From NCBI GenBank assembly GCA_050949315.1, contig JBMNFL010000001.1:642043-706042 (forward strand): a stretch of 64,000 nucleotides of DNA, read 5' to 3'. A program made the translations under genes and the position numbers. Under the pieces are notes generated by a model, which made no database searches, was not told the origin of the DNA, and worked only from the letters and a program-made list of their open reading frames with translations. Shown here in pieces: positions 56,575 to 64,000 of this stretch; the first letter of the stretch is position 1; each line of letters starts with the position of its first letter. Source of the stretch: Bacilli bacterium (GTDB lineage: Bacteria > Bacillota_I > Bacilli_A > RFN20 > UBA1709).

Positions 56575-58935
56575 TTAGTTTTTGGCCGCTTGAGGATTGA
56601 CGCGCACTACTGCGTGTAAACAATAGAAAACCGTTTCATCAGCAATACGTTGAACCATATCTTGGAACATTTGGTAACCCTCATTCACGTAACTTTGGAG
56701 AGGGTTAGTGTTGGCATAAGCTCTTAATCCAATTCCATCCCGAAGTTTAGCCATTCTATCAATATGGTCTGTCCAATTCTTATCAATGGTCCTGAGTAAA
56801 ATTTGTTTTTCAACCTCTCTAAAAATTTCTTCGCCCCACTCTTCTTTTCGTTTCATGAAGGTATTTAAAAGAAGATCTCTTGTTTCATCAATGACATCAT
56901 AAATATCAAAGGTTTTGATATCGCTTTCCTTTAAACTTCCTGCTGGCAACATCTGTTCGGTTAAAATAGTAACTAATTTTGCCTTATCAACCTTGTTTTC
57001 TTTATCTTCAATATAAATGGCTTTATTTACTAGGCCTTCAGCCACCTTATCAAAAAGATCAACTAAACTATCATGAACATCATCTTTAAAGATAACCTCA
57101 TCGCGTTGCTTATAGATGATTTCTCTTTGTTGTCTCAAAACATCGTCATAACCAAGTAAATTCTTTCTAACATCATAGTTAGCACCTTCAACTCGAGTTT
57201 GAGCTGAAGTGATAATCTTGGTAATCATGCGAGATTCAAGAGCATCTTCACCCAAGGCTCTAAATAACCCGGCTGTCCGGCCACCAAAACGCAACATCAA
57301 ATCGTCTTCCAAGGAGACATAAAAACGAGAATAACCGGGGTCGCCTTGACGACCACTACGACCTCTCAATTGGTTATCAATACGCCGTGCCTCATGTCTT
57401 TCGCTACCGATGACCGCTAAACCACCTAATTCTTTAACGCCAGGTCCCAACTTAATATCTGTTCCACGTCCAGCCATGTTGGTCGCCAAAGTAATGGCGC
57501 CTTTTTCACCGGCATGTTTAATAATTTCGGCTTCCCGTTCGTGATTCTTGGCGTTTAAAACTTCGTGTCTTAGACCAGCTCTTTTTAAGAGTTTTGAAAT
57601 ATATTCACTGGTCTCTACCGCAATTGTACCAATTAAAATCGGTTGTCCGGCCTCATGTCTTTCTTTTATTTCTTCAATCATGGCCTTGTATTTATACTCT
57701 TTTTTGGCATAAACCAAATCAGGAGCATCAATCCGCTTGATAGGACGATTGGTGGGAATCTCAACAACCCGCATATTATAGGTCTCCAAAAATTCCTCTT
57801 CTTCTGTTTTGGCTGTACCAGTCATTCCGCCTATTTTTTCATAAAGACGGAAGAAGTTCTGATAGGTGATTGTCGCTAAAACGCTGGTTTCTTCATTGAT
57901 TTTTACACCCTCTTTAGCTTCTATTGCCTGATGGAGACCATCAGAATAAGTCCGCCCTTTTAATTGTCTTCCCGTGAATTGATCAACAATAACAATTTCG
58001 CCTTCTTGAACCATGTAGTCTACATCTCGACCCATAATATAATTGGCTTTTAAAGCATTATGGATATGGTGAACTAGGGCTGTGTGTTCCAAAGCATATA
58101 AATTATCAATTCTAAACATTGACTCGGCGAATTTAATTCCGTCCGCCGTTAAGTTAATTGTTTTAGTTTCTAGATCAATATTGTAATGCTTTTCTTCTTG
58201 AACAGCTTTAGCAAAACGATCCGCTAACCTATAAAGATTGGCGGTTTTCTTTTTGCCCCCCGAGATAATAAGCGGTGTCCGTGATTCATCGATTAAAATA
58301 GAGTCGGCTTCATCAATGATGCACATCTTTAAGCCACGCAAAACACGATTAAATTTGGAAACCGCCATATTATCGCGGAGATAATCAAATCCCAATTCGG
58401 AGTTTGTTGTGTATGTTATATCGCATTGATAAACCGCCCTTTTTTCTTGAGCGTTTAACTCTCGATAATTGCAACCGACTGTCAAACCCAAAAAGCGATA
58501 AATTGCTCCCATCCACTCCGAGTCTCTTTTTGCTAAGTATTCGTTGACAGTAACAACATGAACACCTTCGCCTGAAAGGGCATTTAAATAGATGCACATG
58601 GTGGCCGTTAAAGTTTTTCCTTCTCCCGTTTTCATTTCAGCAACATCCCCCCGATGCAGGGCAATGGCTCCGATTACCTGAACGTGATACGGAAATTCAC
58701 CAAGAACTCTTTTAGCCGCCTCTCTTGCTACCGCAAAAGCCTCAGGCAAAATATCGTCTAAGGTTTTTCCATCGGCAAGGAGTTGTCTAAAATAAGGCGT
58801 TTTAGCTTTCAACTCTTCATCTGAAAGAGCCGCCATTTCTTCTTTATACGCCTCGACTTCATTGGCCTTTTTATCTAAGGCTTTTAGTTGTTTTTGATCA
58901 ACCCGAAATAATCTATCTAAAAATTTGGCAGCCAT
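56575..58935 (-). CDS. secA: Preprotein translocase ATPase SecA (short form, no C-terminal zinc finger)
   Basis: Full-length similarity to SecA motor domains. 786 aa. Ends without a CxxC tail. Confidence 0.95.
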   Translation of the reverse strand: MAAKFLDRLFRVDQKQLKALDKKANEVEAYKEEMAALSDEELKAKTPYFRQLLADGKTLDDILPEAFAVAREAAKRVLGEFPYHVQVIGAIALHRGDVAEMKTGEGKTLTATMCIYLNALSGEGVHVVTVNEYLAKRDSEWMGAIYRFLGLTVGCNYRELNAQEKRAVYQCDITYTTNSELGFDYLRDNMAVSKFNRVLRGLKMCIIDEADSILIDESRTPLIISGGKKKTANLYRLADRFAKAVQEEKHYNIDLETKTINLTADGIKFAESMFRIDNLYALEHTALVHHIHNALKANYIMGRDVDYMVQEGEIVIVDQFTGRQLKGRTYSDGLHQAIEAKEGVKINEETSVLATITYQNFFRLYEKIGGMTGTAKTEEEEFLETYNMRVVEIPTNRPIKRIDAPDLVYAKKEYKYKAMIEEIKERHEAGQPILIGTIAVETSEYISKLLKRAGLRHEVLNAKNHEREAEIIKHAGEKGAITLATNMAGRGTDIKLGPGVKELGGLAVIGSERHEARRIDNQLRGRSGRQGDPGYSRFYVSLEDDLMLRFGGRTAGLFRALGEDALESRMITKIITSAQTRVEGANYDVRKNLLGYDDVLRQQREIIYKQRDEVIFKDDVHDSLVDLFDKVAEGLVNKAIYIEDKENKVDKAKLVTILTEQMLPAGSLKESDIKTFDIYDVIDETRDLLLNTFMKRKEEWGEEIFREVEKQILLRTIDKNWTDHIDRMAKLRDGIGLRAYANTNPLQSYVNEGYQMFQDMVQRIADETVFYCLHAVVRVNPQAAKN

Positions 58936-59000
58936 ATTTGGCCTCCTTTCAATTGCGAATAGTTCAGTATATTATTGTAACATACATGGGAATAATTATA

Positions 59001-59030
59001 AATATAAAAGGCGGTAAAACTTATTCCGCC
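59001..59030 (-). terminator. Terminator after csp
   Basis: ggcggaataagttttaccgcc followed by TTTTATATTT on minus strand. Confidence 0.5.
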
Positions 59031-59043
59031 ACTACTTATAAAA

Positions 59044-59268
59044 CTATAATTCCGAATTAACTTTCTTGAGCTTGACATTCATGGCTTGGGGTCCTCTCGC
59101 TGTTTCGACTAAATCGAATTCAACTTCTTGACCATCTTTTAAGGTTTTGTAGCCGTCCACAAGAATTTCGCTGTAATGAACAAACACATCTTTCTTTGGA
59201 TCATCGCTGGGATTAACAAAACCAAAGCCTTTTCCGGCATTAAACCATTTAACGTGCCCTTTAGACAT
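59044..59268 (-). CDS. csp: Cold-shock protein (CspA family)
   Basis: [18 protein letters not shown]... Start ATG 59268 with AAAGGAGAG RBS. The track start 59286 is 6 codons upstream. Confidence 0.9.
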   Translation of the reverse strand: MSKGHVKWFNAGKGFGFVNPSDDPKKDVFVHYSEILVDGYKTLKDGQEVEFDLVETARGPQAMNVKLKKVNSEL

Positions 59269-59355
59269 CTTTTTCTCTCCTTTCATTTAAATTTGAATGA
59301 AGAGTATCATGATACCTCTCAAATAATGGGAATTCCTTTTTTGATTATACGCCTT

Positions 59356-60069
59356 TTAATTAAAATCGGCAAGAGTTTTTCGGCTTTTTTTGCGGTTTTT
59401 ATGTATAGCAACAACTAAAATCTTCAAAGTTCTTCTATGTGGGGGTTTAATTAAATTTATACAGGCCTTTAAAGTCTCTCCCGTTGTCATAATATCATCA
59501 ACGATTAAATATTTTTTCGTGGGATCTAATTCTTTATTTATTTTTAAAACTTTTCTAATATAAGTCCGCTTTGTTTGACTCTTTCCGCTCTGTTTCCAAC
59601 TTTGGGTTTTAACAAAGGCTTTTTCAATTGGTAACCGTAAAATTTTAGCAATTTCATAAACGTGATTGAAAGTACGCAAACGGTCTTGACTACTAATAGA
59701 CGGCACAGGAAGAATGGTATAGCCTGTATACTTTAAACGTAAAAATCCAGCAATTGGTCCAAAAAAGATTTTAGCAATTTCACGATCACCATTAACTTTT
59801 AAAGCTAATAAAGAATCCTTAATCAAACCACTATATTCGTAAATAGCTAATCCAGGTATGCCAATTAAATTGAAGTGTTGGTAGATGAAAGGCATTTTTT
59901 TATAACAGTTTTGACAAAGTCCAAATTTTGCATAGATGGTTTGACTGTCTTTAGCTTTCATGACTTTACTACAACACAAACAACGCGTTTTAAGAAAGGC
60001 GCAGGCAATTGTTTTTATCAACAATTTCATTGATTGCCCTTTCCATGTCTTTAGTAACTTCTGTCGCAA
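59356..60069 (-). CDS. comFC: ComF operon protein C (phosphoribosyltransferase-like)
   Basis: N-terminal Cys cluster CLCCS..CQNCY and C-terminal PRT-type motif LIVDDIMTTGETL. Overlaps the comFA 3' end. Confidence 0.8.
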   Translation of the reverse strand: MRQKLLKTWKGQSMKLLIKTIACAFLKTRCLCCSKVMKAKDSQTIYAKFGLCQNCYKKMPFIYQHFNLIGIPGLAIYEYSGLIKDSLLALKVNGDREIAKIFFGPIAGFLRLKYTGYTILPVPSISSQDRLRTFNHVYEIAKILRLPIEKAFVKTQSWKQSGKSQTKRTYIRKVLKINKELDPTKKYLIVDDIMTTGETLKACINLIKPPHRRTLKILVVAIHKNRKKSRKTLADFN

Positions 60070-61069
60070 AAAAGATAACTTGTCCCATTGGTGTTTCTTT
60101 TTTCCGACCTACTCGACCTTCAATTTGAATAAGGGTTCGATAATCAAAAATCGGATGTTCACTTCCAAAAACGGCAACTTGTAGATCCTTAATCGTTATG
60201 CCTCTTTCTAAAATGGTGGTCGCGATAATCGTTTTATACTTCCCCGCTTTAATTGCTCGATATAAGGCGGTTTTGTTTGAACTCTCACTAGTAAAGAGCC
60301 TAGCAAACACAAGAAGGTAGCGCAGTCTTCTTTGAAGTTTTTCTCCGCCTTTGATTGTGGGAACAAAAATAATTTTAGGTCTGGCTTTGTTTTTATGGAT
60401 AAAGGCCAATAATTTTAAAAAAAGCATAAGGCGATTGCCTAATATAATCCTAGGGATTGGCAAATCATACTGATGATATCTTTTTCTTAGTTCAAGATAG
60501 GCTTTACCAAAAAGTTCCTCTTCGCTAAAAGTTGCACTTAAGTAAATCTTTTTCCCGTAACAAGTTCGTTTTACAATCCTTAACAAAGTTTCATCACCTT
60601 TTAAAGGAAAAGCGTCGTATTCATCTAAAATTAATAAACCAAACTTGTTTTGATAACGATGACATTGATGAGCGGTTAAGACGATGATGTCCCCATCAAG
60701 GTACTCGTTATGACCACCATAAACTAAAGTGATTTGTAACTTAGGATAAACTTCTTTTAAGCGACTGTGAATTTCCTTAACAACCTCGCGCCGAGGAATA
60801 ACAAAACCTACTCGATAGCCTTTAGCTAGCGCCGCATCAATGCTTTTGAAAACCATTTCTGTCTTACCGCTACCACAAACAGCGTTGATGTAGACTTCTT
60901 GTTTTTCTTCCAAAATAGCAGCCGCCACTTTTTCTTGATTTTTACTCAAAGAATATTTAAGCTGCGGGCTAACTAATTTGGCTTTGATGTACTTGCTAAT
61001 CTTGGCTTTTTTCCCCTTAAACTTAATACAGGCGCGACAATATACTTGCCCGTTTTTATAGCCAAACAA
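59990..61069 (-). CDS. comFA: ComFA-like DEAD/DEAH-box helicase (short form); true start probably upstream of 61069
   Basis: AVCGSGKTEM Walker A, DEYD box. The track start is TTG. In-frame upstream sequence encodes NIYCKRCGNTKES, which completes a 4-Cys zinc ribbon. Confidence 0.75.
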   Translation of the reverse strand: MFGYKNGQVYCRACIKFKGKKAKISKYIKAKLVSPQLKYSLSKNQEKVAAAILEEKQEVYINAVCGSGKTEMVFKSIDAALAKGYRVGFVIPRREVVKEIHSRLKEVYPKLQITLVYGGHNEYLDGDIIVLTAHQCHRYQNKFGLLILDEYDAFPLKGDETLLRIVKRTCYGKKIYLSATFSEEELFGKAYLELRKRYHQYDLPIPRIILGNRLMLFLKLLAFIHKNKARPKIIFVPTIKGGEKLQRRLRYLLVFARLFTSESSNKTALYRAIKAGKYKTIIATTILERGITIKDLQVAVFGSEHPIFDYRTLIQIEGRVGRKKETPMGQVIFFATEVTKDMERAINEIVDKNNCLRLS

Positions 61070-61176
61070 ACTTTCTTTTGTGTTTCCACATCTCTTGCAA
61101 TAAATATTTTCACCCCCTCATCTATTACATAGGGACGAAAAACAAAAACTCCTAAATTATTTTAAAAAAGAAAAAA

Positions 61177-61200
61177 CGGTTGTCTTTGAAAGAACAACCG
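61177..61200 (-). terminator. Terminator after MFS transporter gene
   Basis: cggttgt-tctttcaaaga-acaaccg followed by TTTTTTC on minus strand. Confidence 0.55.
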
Positions 61201-61230
61201 CATTATTTGTTTTATTAATTAAATATGTTT

Positions 61231-62874
61231 CTAATCTTCTAAAGCTTCAAAACTTTCTAATTTCTTTTTGGGGATAGGTTTAGAATCACCATGTTTAACA
61301 AGGGACATAGTAGAAAAAGCTAAAACGCAGAAAACACAACAGTAAGGGAATAAGACCGTCATGGTTCCAAAACCATCCATAATTAAACCCGAAAGAATCG
61401 GTGTGGCAATCTGGGCAGCCATCGAAGCCGTGTAATAAATACCGGTATATTTACCAACATTTGCTCCTTGACTCATCTCCACCACCATGGGGAAAGAGTT
61501 GACATTTATCGTGGCCCAACCAATACCGGCCAAAGCCATAACTGCGTAGACAAGAATTTTTCCTAAACCGCTGGGCTCAACTAAAAAACAACCAATAAAG
61601 AAAGCACTAAAAAGAATAGTTATTCCAAGCAAAATAGTTTTTTTGCGTCCTATTTTTGTGGACAACTGACCGATAGGAATATAAGAAATAATCGCGGCCG
61701 CTTGAGCAACAATTAAAGGTAGTGAATAACCAGTATTTAAAACTGTCGTTGCATAAACCGAGAATTTAGAGGTGGCGGCATTATAGGCAAAGAACCAAAA
61801 AACAATAGAGGCCAAAATCAAGCCAAAGGATCGAGCCACATCTTTGGGCATTTTTTCCGAACTAGCAAAACCCTGCTCGTCATCTGCTTCTTCTAAACCA
61901 TACTCCCTTTGTTTCAAATGCATTTCTGCTACCAGTTTAGGTTCATTAACTTTTAATAGGAAAATTGCAAGAGCCACTAACATAAGCGCCCCTAAAACAA
62001 TAAAACAAAGTGTGTAAGATCGATATTCTTTCGCTAAAAAATTCGTAAGAATCAAAGCCGTTACACCACCTGCTGAGCCCATTAAATTTATAATGGCATT
62101 AGCCTTACTCCTCAAGGGTTTAGGCGTGACATCTGGCATTAAGGAAACCGCTGGTGTTCTAAAAATAGACATAGAAACCAAAACTAGACATAGCATGACT
62201 AAAAACCCAGCTAAGTAAAAACCATTTACAACACCATCATCTTGAATATGAAAAGAGCGGGCGCTGGCTGCTAATTCTTTAGTTCGATATAAAGTTTCTG
62301 TTCCTTGATAAGTAAAGCCATAAACGCTATTACTAACCCTATCCTCTTTTTCATCAGCGCGACGACCAAAATTAAATTTACCATCAATAATTTCCGCTTG
62401 AATTGCTTCTAGATCATCCTCTTGATGAGAAAAAACTTTGCTAAAAAAGAGCGAGATATCGGTTTGAGTCTTTGCCTTTTTGTCCATGACCGTAATCACA
62501 CTTCCTTCGGCATAGTCTTGCGAAGCAACCGTAACCACCGGATTTATCTGGGCTTCTTCTACTTGTTTACGCTGAAGATTATCGAAAATCGAAACGGTGA
62601 CAATTAGAAGCGATGCGCAAATGGTTCCAATCAAAATGTATGGAGTTCTTCGCCCCATTTTCGTTTTCGTGCGATCAGACAATACGCCAAAAACCGGTAA
62701 AAGAATGATAGCAAAAATATTGTCGGCCGCCATAACTAAGCCTGATAGAGTTTGGTTCAAACCAAAACTATCGATGAGCATTTTGGCAATGACATTGTCA
62801 TAGACTTGCCAAAACATACAAATCAAAAGAAAAGCAAAACCGACATAAATTGTTTTTTTCGTGTTGAGTTTCAT
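61231..62874 (-). CDS. MFS-type transporter (GPH/sugar-cation symporter-like) with large central hydrophilic loop
   Basis: 12 predicted TM helices. 547 aa. Confidence 0.6.
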   Translation of the reverse strand: MKLNTKKTIYVGFAFLLICMFWQVYDNVIAKMLIDSFGLNQTLSGLVMAADNIFAIILLPVFGVLSDRTKTKMGRRTPYILIGTICASLLIVTVSIFDNLQRKQVEEAQINPVVTVASQDYAEGSVITVMDKKAKTQTDISLFFSKVFSHQEDDLEAIQAEIIDGKFNFGRRADEKEDRVSNSVYGFTYQGTETLYRTKELAASARSFHIQDDGVVNGFYLAGFLVMLCLVLVSMSIFRTPAVSLMPDVTPKPLRSKANAIINLMGSAGGVTALILTNFLAKEYRSYTLCFIVLGALMLVALAIFLLKVNEPKLVAEMHLKQREYGLEEADDEQGFASSEKMPKDVARSFGLILASIVFWFFAYNAATSKFSVYATTVLNTGYSLPLIVAQAAAIISYIPIGQLSTKIGRKKTILLGITILFSAFFIGCFLVEPSGLGKILVYAVMALAGIGWATINVNSFPMVVEMSQGANVGKYTGIYYTASMAAQIATPILSGLIMDGFGTMTVLFPYCCVFCVLAFSTMSLVKHGDSKPIPKKKLESFEALED

Positions 62875-63099
62875 AGTCTTGAATCTCCTTTTTAAATTAC
62901 CCTAATTATAACATAGCGCCCCAATTACCAAAACATCAATTTCCCTCGACGGTGAAAAGTTTTATTTTTCTATCATAAAAAATTAAAGGTGAAACAGCAT
63001 TGCTCTGCCCTTACTAAGCATAAAAATCATAATGGTTGATCAAAAAAACGAAACCAAATTAAAACAATGCAAAAAATCTGTTATCAATTTAATTTTCTT

Positions 63100-64000
63100 T
63101 TATTTTTTATTCGTGACTATTTTATACATTGTCCGCATTTCATCACGCCCCATTAATTTGGGAACTGGGTAAAGGGGGTTGCCTTCGGCTAACGCCCGAT
63201 CAACCATTGTTTCTAAATCTTCGTCCTTGTATGGTTCTAGATATTTGGGAATCTTCATATATTCATTATATTCACGAATACTCTTGATGAATTTATTAGC
63301 CAATTCTTCATCGCTTGCACCATCTAAACCGATTTCTCTAGCTAAAATTGCCAAACTCTTCCAAACACTTGAACCATAATAATCTAAAACATAGGGTAAA
63401 ATAACCGCATTAGCATGGCCGTGGGCCGTATGATAAAAACCTCCAAAGGTGTGAGCAATTGCATGAACATAACCAACATATGCTCTAGTAAAAGCAACTC
63501 CCGCCTTGTAAGCGGCTATCTGCATATTATTCCTAGCCTCTATATTATCTGGTTCGTCATAGGCTACTTTGATATTAGCAAAAATAAGTTTAGTTGCCTC
63601 TATCGCCATTTTTTTGGTTTTGGAAGTATTACTATGACCAATAAAAGCTTCAACGGCATGTGTTAAGGCATCCATTCCTGTTGTCGCTGTAACAAAGGCT
63701 GGTAATTTGACTGTCAAAAGAGGATCTAAAACGGCATAATCGGGAATTAAATGCGGATCATTAATGGCGTATTTTTCTTTTGTTTTACTATTGGTAACCA
63801 CAGCCGCCAAAGTCGCTTCACTTCCGGTTCCTGCGGTGGTTGGAACTGCAAACAGTATTGGTAATTTTCTACCAACTTTCAATAAGCCCTTCATTTGGGG
63901 AATGCTTTTCTTAGGATTTACCACGCGGGCTCCGACCCCTTTAGCACAATCCATTGGCGATCCCCCACCAAAAGCAATAAGAGCTTGGCAAGAGGCTTCT
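63100..64000 (-). CDS. Iron-containing alcohol dehydrogenase (partial; N-terminus beyond window end)
   Basis: In-frame sequence upstream of M(63954) reads ..AFGGGSPMDCAKG, the Fe-ADH GGGSxxD motif. His-rich metal site HAIAHTFGGFYHTAHGHANA. Confidence 0.8.
   Translation of the reverse strand, partial: EASCQALIAFGGGSPMDCAKGVGARVVNPKKSIPQMKGLLKVGRKLPILFAVPTTAGTGSEATLAAVVTNSKTKEKYAINDPHLIPDYAVLDPLLTVKLPAFVTATTGMDALTHAVEAFIGHSNTSKTKKMAIEATKLIFANIKVAYDEPDNIEARNNMQIAAYKAGVAFTRAYVGYVHAIAHTFGGFYHTAHGHANAVILPYVLDYYGSSVWKSLAILAREIGLDGASDEELANKFIKSIREYNEYMKIPKYLEPYKDEDLETMVDRALAEGNPLYPVPKLMGRDEMRTMYKIVTNKK

Noticed and set aside
62875-63099. 225-nt AT-rich gap between the MFS and Fe-ADH genes as a possible sRNA
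   Set aside because: No hairpin-terminator or promoter pair is evident. It is most simply the MFS gene promoter and UTR.

Overview
This is a low-GC (~35%) chromosomal segment that uses the standard genetic code. TGA acts as a stop here; it is the prfB frameshift site. Gene content looks Firmicutes/Tenericutes-like (Erysipelotrichia / Acholeplasma-like), but the taxon cannot be fixed from sequence alone. Almost all genes are on the minus strand and are housekeeping: rplM-rpsI, gap-pgk-tpiA, gatCAB, nfnAB, secA-prfB-uvrB, secG-rnr-smpB, comFA-comFC, csp, and three tRNAs with their own promoters and terminators. Plus-strand islands carry a phosphonate-type ABC operon (phnDCEE), punA, and an FAD-dependent oxidoreductase. 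Accessory or unusual content: (1) a giant MacB-type fused ABC transporter running off the window start, missed by the ORF track; (2) a CofE-like gamma-glutamyl-ligase homologue, an HExxH protein and a GNAT, arranged with overlapping convergent stops; (3) a pair of HgdB/HgdC-like (double-cubane-cluster-type) genes; (4) tandem zinc-ribbon membrane-protein paralogs with nucleotide-identical 5' ends; (5) an IS481-like insertion 100 bp upstream of gap, flanked by a ~31-35 bp direct repeat containing half of the neighbouring terminator; (6) an orphan fabD / hotdog thioesterase / GGCT-like cluster plus a protein with a uL15-like C-terminus; (7) a structured leader with a terminator hairpin ahead of phnD; (8) a perfect 23-bp palindrome over a predicted promoter; (9) the classical prfB +1 frameshift. 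Several start codons are corrected relative to the ORF track: gap, pepC, the M6 protease, csp, the zinc-ribbon 1 gene and the bPH membrane-protein gene (22269).
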